A stretch of DNA of 64,000 nt. It comes from Chthoniobacteraceae bacterium. Lineage in GTDB: Bacteria; Verrucomicrobiota; Verrucomicrobiia; Chthoniobacterales; Chthoniobacteraceae. The position numbers were made by a program, and so were the translations under genes. The stretch is taken from assembly GCA_031409335.1 (NCBI GenBank), contig JANNWY010000212.1, positions 32,001-96,000 on the forward strand, read 5' to 3'. Shown one piece after another: positions 20,184 through 27,831 of the stretch (positions within the stretch are counted from its first letter, which is position 1; each line of letters opens with the position of its first letter). The notes under the pieces are model-generated. The model was not told the DNA's origin, did no database searches, and saw only the letters and a list, made by a program, of their open reading frames with translations.

Positions 20184-20675
20184 TCAGCCCGCAATGGCAG
20201 CGCGCAGCCTTTCGTAAAGAACGGCAAGCGCTTCGGGTAGCACCCGCGTTCCTGACAGCACGGGCATGAAGTTGTTGTCGCCTTCCCAGCGCGGAACGAT
20301 GTGCAGATGCAGATGATCGACGACCCCAGCCCCGGCGCAGCGACCGAGGTTCAAGCCGACATTGAATCCCTGCGCACGCACCGTCGCTCGCAGGATTCGC
20401 TGCCCGAGAGCGGCGAGCGCCCAAAGTTCGAGTTGCTCGGCGTCGGTGAGTTCGGCGATTTCCGCTACTTTCCGGCAGGGGACCGCCATGAGGCGGCCGA
20501 CCGCGTATGGGTAGCGGTTCATCATCAGGAAACTATGCGCCTGCCGCGCGACGACGAGGTGGGCGTGGTCATCGGTCGCGCTGGCGGCGGCGAGGAGGAA
20601 ATCGGGTTCGCTTCTTGCCGTGAAATATTCGACCCGCCACGGCGCCCAAAGTGAAGACAGCTCGTCGGCATTCAT
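20184..20675 (-). CDS. HIT family hydrolase
   Basis: LWAPWR, NRYPY, GFNVGLNLG..AGAG..DHLHLHIVPRW.GD.NFM; ATGA overlap with sufE-like stop. Confidence 0.92.
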   Translation of the reverse strand: MNADELSSLWAPWRVEYFTARSEPDFLLAAASATDDHAHLVVARQAHSFLMMNRYPYAVGRLMAVPCRKVAEIAELTDAEQLELWALAALGQRILRATVRAQGFNVGLNLGRCAGAGVVDHLHLHIVPRWEGDNNFMPVLSGTRVLPEALAVLYERLRAAIAG

Positions 20676-21127
20676 TTGGGAAAAGAGTCCGCTTTTTTGA
20701 GGAGAAGCTCGCACGCATTTTTCACCCGCTTCAAAACGTAAAACACCGTCTGCGAACGGATGCGGACGAGGTGACTGCCGACGATTTTCCCGACGAAGTC
20801 CGGCGGAAGATTTGCGATTTCTTCAGGCCGCGCACCATTCAACCCACGGCACAAGATCGTCGCCATCGCGCGCGTCAGCGTCTGGACCTGCGGCCCGAGC
20901 GTCATGCGAAATGAAGCGCGCCCTTCGGGATCGAGTCGCAGGAAAATGCCGACTGTGTCCGTGCATTCCGCATCCTTCCGCACATCCTCGAAATCGAACG
21001 CCTCTCCGCGCCGCGGCTCGTGACGTTTCGCTTGTTCCGCGCACGCGATCAGGTTTTCCCGCTTCTCCTGCTCGGTCAGTGACTCGAAAAAAGTCACGAT
21101 CTTCTGGAGTTCAGCGGGAGACTGCAT
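20672..21127 (-). CDS. SufE family Fe-S sulfur acceptor protein
   Basis: ECTDTV cysteine motif, GLNGARPEEI..P.DF; size typical of SufE/CsdE. Confidence 0.75.
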   Translation of the reverse strand: MQSPAELQKIVTFFESLTEQEKRENLIACAEQAKRHEPRRGEAFDFEDVRKDAECTDTVGIFLRLDPEGRASFRMTLGPQVQTLTRAMATILCRGLNGARPEEIANLPPDFVGKIVGSHLVRIRSQTVFYVLKRVKNACELLLKKADSFPK

Positions 21128-21135
21128 GGTAGCGG

Positions 21136-21867
21136 TCAGGGATTCGGGAAAAGCGCGGCGATTTCCGCCTGCATCGCCTCTGCCGCGGCGCGCGGATCGG
21201 GCGCGTTGCGGATCGGACGCCCGACCACGATGTGATCCGCCCCGCTGCGAAACGCCTCCGCCAAAGTCATCGTCCGCTTCTGATCATCGCTCCCGCGTTC
21301 GTCCGCCGCGCGGATTCCCGGCGTGATGATGAGCGGACCGTGACCCAGCTCCCGCCGCAGCCGCGCCGCTTCCTGGCCCGAGCAAATCAACCCGTCGATC
21401 CCCGCCGCGACCGCCTTTTTCGCGCGCAGCGAAACCAAATCCGCCACCGGCTTCGTCCACCCGATTTCCTCCAAATCACCCGCATCCATGCTCGTCAGCA
21501 CCGTCACCGCGAGCAGCTTCATCGCGCCGCGCACCTTCACCGCGTCGGGATAGACCGAGGCCACCGCGTGCAGCGTGCAACACGTCGCGCCACTCCGCGC
21601 CAGATTTTCCACCGCCCCGCGCACCGTCGCCGGGACATCGTGAAATTTCAGGTCGGCAAAGACTTTTTTGCCGGTCGCGACGAGCGTTTCGAGCACCTCG
21701 AAATATTGCCCGCTCATGCAAAATTCGAGGCCGAGCTTGTAGAAAGTCACCGCGTCACCCAGCCGCTCGATCCACGCCAGCGCATCGCTTTTCGTCGGGA
21801 CATCGAGCGCCAAAATCAGCCGGTCGCGCGGGTCGATTTGTTTGGTGGAAAGCAGTTCGTTGGACAT
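21136..21867 (-). CDS. pyrF: orotidine-5'-phosphate decarboxylase
   Basis: LILALD, DLKFHDVPATV, VTVLTS, TPGIR, DDQKR, VVGRPI. Confidence 0.97.
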   Translation of the reverse strand: MSNELLSTKQIDPRDRLILALDVPTKSDALAWIERLGDAVTFYKLGLEFCMSGQYFEVLETLVATGKKVFADLKFHDVPATVRGAVENLARSGATCCTLHAVASVYPDAVKVRGAMKLLAVTVLTSMDAGDLEEIGWTKPVADLVSLRAKKAVAAGIDGLICSGQEAARLRRELGHGPLIITPGIRAADERGSDDQKRTMTLAEAFRSGADHIVVGRPIRNAPDPRAAAEAMQAEIAALFPNP

Positions 21868-21932
21868 CGCAGGCGGAGTTTTGTCCGCCACACGGCCAAC
21901 ATTCAACTTTCAAACTCACGAGCCCCGCCGAC

Positions 21933-23333
21933 TCAGTAAGTCTTCCGCATATTGCTCGGCAAAATATTCAGCTCATTCCGATACTTCGCCACCGTCCGCC
22001 GCGCGATCGGAATGCCGCGTTTGCTCAGGATTTCCACGATTTCCTTGTCGCTCAACGGAGTCTTCGCGTTCTCCGCTTTCACCAGCTCCGCGATCGCGCC
22101 CTTCACGCTCGTGTTGCTCATCGAAACGCCGTCCGCCGTCTGATAGCCGGGCGTGAAGAAATACTTCATTTCAAAAACACCGTGCGGCGTGCGGATGTAT
22201 TTGCCGGAAATCGCCCGGCTCACGGTCGTCTCGTGGACGCCCACGATGTCCGCGATTTGCACCATCGTCATCGGCTTCAACGCGCTCGGTCCGTGCTCCA
22301 GAAATTCCTGCTGCCGACCCACGATTTCATGGGAAATATTCGAGATCGTCTGCTGGCGCTGGTGGATGGATTTGATGAGAAATTTCCCGCTGCGAATCTT
22401 GTCGCGAATGTAATCGCGCACATCCGCGCCATTGCGCTCGGACGACATCAAATCCTTGTAAGTATTGCTGATCCGCAAATGCGGAATCTGGTCGCCATTC
22501 AGCGAAATCTGCCACTGGTCGCCGATGCGCTCGACCGTCACATCCGGCAGCACATAGTTGTTCGGATCGGCAGTGAAAATCTGGCCCGGTTTTGGATCGA
22601 GCGTCCCGATGAAATTCGCCGCGCGCTGCACCTGCTCCGCCGTCGTCCCGAGCCTGCGCGCGATCTCCGGAAACCGGCGTTTTCCCAGATCGTCGATAAA
22701 GCGATCGACGATGCGAAATTCGAGGCTCTGCTCCTTGCCGATCCGCTTGAGCTGGATGAGCAAACATTCCCGCAAATCCCGCGACGCGACGCCAATCGGA
22801 TGGAACGTCTGCACCACCGCGAGCACCCTCCCGATGTCGTCGGGATCCATGCCGGTATTTTTCGCGATGTCCTCCGGCGAAGACTGGAGAAAACCCGCGT
22901 CGTCCACATTCCCGATGATCAGCTCCGCGACCTTCCGATCGCCCGGCTGCAAATCACTCGTCTCGATCTGTTCGAGCAAATGCTGCTGAAGCGTTTCCTC
23001 CTTCACCAGCGAATCGAAAAAGAACTGCCGCCGCTCCTCATCCTCCGCCGATCGGCCCGAGTAGCTCGAACTCTGCGCCATGTAATCGCGCCACTCCTCA
23101 TCCAGCTTCGCGAGCCGCTCGAATTCCTCCTGAAACTCATCGTGCTCGGCCTGCTTGTCCTCGATCGTCGGCTCGGTTTGTTCGAGCTCGATCGTCGGAT
23201 TCGTTTCGATCTCCTGCTGGATGAGATTGCGCAATTCCAGCATCGGCACCTGCAATATTTGCAGGCTTTGCTGAAGCTGCGGCGCGAGAACTTGCGATTG
23301 CGAGAGGTTTTGAGATTGAGAGAGTCCGGCCAT
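21933..23333 (-). CDS. rpoN: RNA polymerase sigma-54 factor
   Basis: PQLQQSLQILQ, HETTVSRA, RpoN box ARRTVAKYR. Confidence 0.98.
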   Translation of the reverse strand: MAGLSQSQNLSQSQVLAPQLQQSLQILQVPMLELRNLIQQEIETNPTIELEQTEPTIEDKQAEHDEFQEEFERLAKLDEEWRDYMAQSSSYSGRSAEDEERRQFFFDSLVKEETLQQHLLEQIETSDLQPGDRKVAELIIGNVDDAGFLQSSPEDIAKNTGMDPDDIGRVLAVVQTFHPIGVASRDLRECLLIQLKRIGKEQSLEFRIVDRFIDDLGKRRFPEIARRLGTTAEQVQRAANFIGTLDPKPGQIFTADPNNYVLPDVTVERIGDQWQISLNGDQIPHLRISNTYKDLMSSERNGADVRDYIRDKIRSGKFLIKSIHQRQQTISNISHEIVGRQQEFLEHGPSALKPMTMVQIADIVGVHETTVSRAISGKYIRTPHGVFEMKYFFTPGYQTADGVSMSNTSVKGAIAELVKAENAKTPLSDKEIVEILSKRGIPIARRTVAKYRNELNILPSNMRKTY

Positions 23334-23444
23334 GATTTTTTAAGAGAATATTGGGTCCGCCCGGATCGGCAAGCAGCATCCAAGCCATCGGCTGAAAATG
23401 TTTTTCAAATGGAGATCGGCACCAATCCCGCTTCACTGTGCCGC

Positions 23445-23702
23445 ATGAAACGATCACCCATGCTCTTCGCCCTCACCGGAGTGTGCGCACTCACCGGCGC
23501 ATTGCTCCTTCCCCAGCCATCCAGTGGCCAGGCGCCCGCGTCCGGCGATGACGCACTCGCACAAATGCTCACCGAAGTCGTGACTCAGCAGACCACGATT
23601 CACGAAAACCAAACCAAGATCGACGAAAAGATCGCCGTCATCGCGGAAGACATCCGCATCGCCCGCATTTTCGTCGGCCGCGGAGGCGGAAAGGCAAAGT
23701 GA
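23445..23702 (+). CDS. small secreted coiled-coil protein
   Basis: Signal peptide MKRSPMLFALTGVCALTGALLL, amphipathic helix, ends ARIFVGRGGGKAK. Confidence 0.7.
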   Translation: MKRSPMLFALTGVCALTGALLLPQPSSGQAPASGDDALAQMLTEVVTQQTTIHENQTKIDEKIAVIAEDIRIARIFVGRGGGKAK

Positions 23703-23923
23703 TGAAAACGCTCGCACTCTTCATCTGGGGCATCGCCGCCATCATCGCGCTGAACGGCCCGCTGCACTCTCAAAACGCTCCGGCGAAATCTCCGCTCGAA
23801 ATCTTGCGCGAAATGAAAATCAAAAACGCGGCCCTGCTCGAAAAGCAGGCGGCCACTTTGCTAAAACTCGACGAAGTCGCCAAGGAAGCACAGCAGATCA
23901 AATTCCTCGGCAAACGCTCGTAG
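23702..23923 (+). CDS. small secreted coiled-coil protein (resembles upstream gene)
   Basis: Signal peptide MKTLALFIWGIAAIIA, helix ending QIKFLGKRS; start overlaps previous stop. Confidence 0.7.
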   Translation: MKTLALFIWGIAAIIALNGPLHSQNAPAKSPLEILREMKIKNAALLEKQAATLLKLDEVAKEAQQIKFLGKRS

Positions 23924-23937
23924 CGCCAAAAAATAAA

Positions 23938-24036
23938 GCCGAAGGCCCTTGGACTGCGGTGATTCCTTCACCGCTTTTGCAAGGCGCGTGTTCTCCAGAG
24001 CGGTGAAGGAATCACCGCAGTCCAAGAGCCTTCGGC
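23938..24036. repeat. REPIN-like inverted repeat between convergent genes
   Basis: 38-bp arms 23938-23975 / 23999-24036, 1 mismatch, each with internal palindrome GCGGTGA-N5-TCACCGC. Confidence 0.88.
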
Positions 24037-24066
24037 GTTCTCCCGGCCACCTTTGTAGAAATCGTC

Positions 24067-25446
24067 CTACACCTTCTCCGCCGCCGCCTTTTTCACATCC
24101 AGCTTCCGGTAAAGCGTGGCCATGCTGATGCCGAGCATCTTCGCCGCCTTCTCGCGCGAGCCCGCGTTGAATCTGATCGTTTCGTCGATGTAGCGGCGCT
24201 CCACGTCGCGCGTGTATTCGTCGAGCGTTTGGCCCACGGGAAGGGTGCTGCTGCCTTCCGCCGCGGGCGCGTTGGCTTGGCGGACGACTTGCGGCGGGAG
24301 GTCGGAAACGCGGATCACTCCGTCGTCGCACAGCGCGCAGGCGCGTTCGATGGCGTTTTCGAGTTCACGCACGTTGCCCTGCCAGCGGTATTGCTGGAGC
24401 GTTTCGACGGCTTTGTTGTCGATCTTCTTCGGCTCGGTCGCGGTTTGCGCGGCGTTCTTCGCGAGGAAATGGTGGACCAGCAGCGGGATGTCATCGAGCC
24501 GCTCGCGGAGCGCCGGCATTTCGATCGGGATGACGCAGAGCCGGTAGTAAAGATCCTCGCGGAACTGCCCGGTCTTGATTTTTTCGTGCAGCGATTCGTT
24601 CGTCGCCGCGAGCACGCGCACATTGATGGACTGGCTCTTCGTGTCGCCCACCCGCCGGAGCTGGCGCTCTTGCAGCACGCGCAGGAGTTTCGTCTGGAGC
24701 GAGAGCGCCATCGAATTCACCTCATCGAGGAAAATCGTGCCCTGTTCGGCTTCCTCGAAAAGTCCGATCTTGTCGGAAGTCGCGCCGGTGAACGAACCCT
24801 TGCGATGGCCGAACAATTCGGATTCCAGCAGATTCTCGGGAAGTGCCGAGCAATTGATCGCGACGAAAGGCTGATGCTGGCGATTGGAATTGAAATGCAG
24901 CGCCCGCGCCACGAGTTCCTTGCCCGTGCCGCTCTCGCCTTGAATCAGGATGGTCGAATCCGTATCCGCGACCTTCGCGATCAGGTTGTAAATATCCTGC
25001 ATTCGCTGCGACGTGCCGATGATGTTTTCAAAGCGGAACTTCTCCTTCACCGCCCGCCGCAAATTCAAAATCTCGCGCCGATCCGCCTGATGATCGAGCG
25101 CCCGCTGGATCGTGAGCTGCAGCTCATCCACCTTGAACGGCTTCGTGATGTAATCGTACGCACCGAGCTTCATCGCCTCCAGCGCGCTTTCCACTTTTGC
25201 ATAAGCCGTGATCATGATGACCGGCGTCTGCGGCAGCACCTGCCGACTCTCGCGCAGGATGTCGAGCCCGTTCACCTTGTCCATTTTCAGGTCGGTGATG
25301 ATGAGCTGCGGATTTTGCGTCACGAGATTCTCCAGCGCCTTCTGCCCGGAGCTGTAGGATTCCGTCTGGTGGCCACGCTCGTGGCAGATTTCGGAAATTA
25401 CCGACACCATAGCGGGGTCGTCGTCGATGATGAGAATTCGGGCCAT
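24067..25446 (-). CDS. sigma-54-dependent response regulator (NtrC/AtoC family)
   Basis: Receiver IIDDD...DLKM...KPF; GESGTGKE, GSFTGA, FLDEV, FREDLYYRL, WQGNVRELEN; Fis HTH. Confidence 0.96.
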   Translation of the reverse strand: MARILIIDDDPAMVSVISEICHERGHQTESYSSGQKALENLVTQNPQLIITDLKMDKVNGLDILRESRQVLPQTPVIMITAYAKVESALEAMKLGAYDYITKPFKVDELQLTIQRALDHQADRREILNLRRAVKEKFRFENIIGTSQRMQDIYNLIAKVADTDSTILIQGESGTGKELVARALHFNSNRQHQPFVAINCSALPENLLESELFGHRKGSFTGATSDKIGLFEEAEQGTIFLDEVNSMALSLQTKLLRVLQERQLRRVGDTKSQSINVRVLAATNESLHEKIKTGQFREDLYYRLCVIPIEMPALRERLDDIPLLVHHFLAKNAAQTATEPKKIDNKAVETLQQYRWQGNVRELENAIERACALCDDGVIRVSDLPPQVVRQANAPAAEGSSTLPVGQTLDEYTRDVERRYIDETIRFNAGSREKAAKMLGISMATLYRKLDVKKAAAEKV

Positions 25447-25544
25447 AAAATTAGAGAATCGGTTTCGCGGTTTTGCGATTTATCAAGGATGAGAGCCCCA
25501 ATGTCCAGCAATAATACCGACAGCTTCGCGCTCCATTTCCCCAC

Positions 25545-26471
25545 TCAGGGCTGCGACGCCGTCTGACGCCGCGCGGGGAATTCGGCTGGCTTTCCGTCCG
25601 CCGGATGATCGAATCCATACGTCAGCAGCAGCTTGCTATCCTCCCAAATCCCCGGCTTGTCCGAGTGCATAATCACCGCGATCACCTCGCGATTTTCCCG
25701 CAGCGCCGCGCTCGCCAGCACCTGTTGCGCGGGGCGCGTGTAGCCCGTTTTCACCCCGATGCAGCCGGGGAATTGCGTCAGCAGCCGGTTGTGATTTCGC
25801 AGCGGATGCGAGGAAAAACTCGTCACCCACGGATGCTCCATCGTCGCCACGATGCGGCGGAAATACGGCTGCTGCATCGCCGCGCGCGCGATCAGCACGA
25901 GATCGCGCGGCGTGGTGAAATGATCCTTGTCGTGCAGCCCATGCGGATTGCGGAAACTCGTCCCCGTCGCGCCCAGTTCCCGCGCGCGCACCGTCATCTT
26001 TAGCCCAAATGCCTCGACGCTTCCCGCGTTATCACGACCCAGCGAATGCGCCACATCGTTCGCACTTTTCAGCATCAAACCGTAAAGCATCTGCCGCCGC
26101 GTATAACGTTCGCCGGGGCGAATGTTCAGACTGCTTTCGCCAACGTTCGCGTCCTCATCGGTGATCTCCACCTCGCGATCCAGATCGCCCGCCTCGATCA
26201 CCAGCAGCGCCGTCATGATCTTCGTCGTGCTGGCCGGATACTGCGGTTCGTCCGCGTTTTTTTCGTAAAGCGAGCGGCCCGTCAGACTGTCCATCACGAT
26301 CGCGCCCTTCGCCGCGAGCGGCAGTTCGCCAGGAGCGAGTTGGTGAAAATTGCGCGTCGGGATCGCGGGCTTCGGCGTCGCCTTCGGCACCGCTTTTTTC
26401 GGCGGAGCCGCGCCACACGTCGCCGCGCAGATCAACAGGATGGTCGCGACGCTACGAAACGACATTCCCAT
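25545..26471 (-). CDS. D-alanyl-D-alanine carboxypeptidase (peptidase S11)
   Basis: PASTTKIMT (SxxK), KSAND (SxN), NPHGL, KTGYT; signal peptide. Confidence 0.95.
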   Translation of the reverse strand: MGMSFRSVATILLICAATCGAAPPKKAVPKATPKPAIPTRNFHQLAPGELPLAAKGAIVMDSLTGRSLYEKNADEPQYPASTTKIMTALLVIEAGDLDREVEITDEDANVGESSLNIRPGERYTRRQMLYGLMLKSANDVAHSLGRDNAGSVEAFGLKMTVRARELGATGTSFRNPHGLHDKDHFTTPRDLVLIARAAMQQPYFRRIVATMEHPWVTSFSSHPLRNHNRLLTQFPGCIGVKTGYTRPAQQVLASAALRENREVIAVIMHSDKPGIWEDSKLLLTYGFDHPADGKPAEFPARRQTASQP

Positions 26472-27675
26472 CGATCATCATCCACGGCACAGGCCGCGTG
26501 TAAGAAATGATTTCCTCATGCAAGGTCGCGACGCTACCGGACACCGGAATCGCGATCAAGTCGGCCAGCGCACCCGGCGCGATTTTTCCCAGATCATTTC
26601 CCAAATGCAGCGCGCGCGCCGGATTCACCGTCACCGTCCGCAGCAATTGCTCCGGCGTCAGCCACGGATTCGTCTTTTGCAAACCGCGCAGCTCGTCCAG
26701 CAGGCTCAGCGAATTCGTGCTCGCGAGACTGTCCGTCGCCACGCAGATATTCACCCCGAGATCGTGCAGTCGGCGATATTGGAAAGGCGTGTGCTGGAAA
26801 TAGCGATGGCTGCCCGGACAATGGACGATGTGCGGCCCGCTGCCGCGCGGCAGACTCCCTAGAATGTCGAAATCCTCATCCACGAGTTCATTCATGTGGA
26901 CCAAAATCCACGACGCATCGATCGCCCCGCTGCGCCACAAATAGCTGAACGGCGAATGCCCCCCGCAATCCGCCATCGGTCGCTGCAACCCCTCCAAAAA
27001 CTCGAACAACGGCCCCGATTTATCGCTGAACATTTCAAACTCCTCGCGCGACTCCGCCACATGCGTCGTCAGCGGCATCGCCAGCTGCGCCGAGCACTCC
27101 CGCGCCAGCCGGTATAGCGTCGCCGAAGCCGTGTAAGGCGCGTGCGGACTCAGCCCAAAAAAATCCAGCGCCCGCGTCCGCGCCGCGAAAAAACTCAGCG
27201 CCCCCGCCAGCGCGCGCTCGGTCGGCAGGCGGTGGCGGATGTCGATCATCTCGTGAAACCACCACGTCCGCAGCGGCGACGGCGGCAGCCGCAGCATCAA
27301 CTCGGGAAACGATTCGATATTCCCAATCGTCGTCGTCCCCCACTTCTTCGACTCCGCAAAACCTTTCCCAATCGCCGCCAGATAATCGTCATCATCCAGA
27401 CTCCGCTTCAGCGCATTGATCCGCTTCACCCAGGCCGTGAAACTCTTCGGCGGATCAATCGCATGCCGCATCATGGAGTAGTCGAGATGGCAATGCGCAT
27501 TGATGAGCCCCGGCAGCAAAACCACCTCGCCGAGATCGGTGACCTCCCCCGGATGCTCCGCCCGGATCTCCGCCACCCCGCCTACCGCCACGATCCGATT
27601 CGCCTCCATCACGACCGCGCCATCTTCGATCGGCGGGCCTTCGATGGGCAAAACAGTGCGTGCGCGGAAAATCAT
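26452..27675 (-). CDS. amidohydrolase family protein (deaminase-like)
   Basis: PGLINAHCHLD, SPHAPY, THVAES, VHCPGS, ATDSLAS, PGALADL. Confidence 0.9.
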   Translation of the reverse strand: MIFRARTVLPIEGPPIEDGAVVMEANRIVAVGGVAEIRAEHPGEVTDLGEVVLLPGLINAHCHLDYSMMRHAIDPPKSFTAWVKRINALKRSLDDDDYLAAIGKGFAESKKWGTTTIGNIESFPELMLRLPPSPLRTWWFHEMIDIRHRLPTERALAGALSFFAARTRALDFFGLSPHAPYTASATLYRLARECSAQLAMPLTTHVAESREEFEMFSDKSGPLFEFLEGLQRPMADCGGHSPFSYLWRSGAIDASWILVHMNELVDEDFDILGSLPRGSGPHIVHCPGSHRYFQHTPFQYRRLHDLGVNICVATDSLASTNSLSLLDELRGLQKTNPWLTPEQLLRTVTVNPARALHLGNDLGKIAPGALADLIAIPVSGSVATLHEEIISYTRPVPWMMIDGNVVS

Positions 27676-27831
27676 GCCGGGGAATGAACGGGAAAGATTC
27701 GCGAATGGCCAGTGAGCAATGAACCGCGCGCCTGACGAACCTGCTTCCGAACGCGAAGACGCAAAGACGCAAGTTCCTTTCGTCAGGCAGTGGATTCCTT
27801 TCGCGAGGAGTCCGATTCCTCGTGTCTTGAG

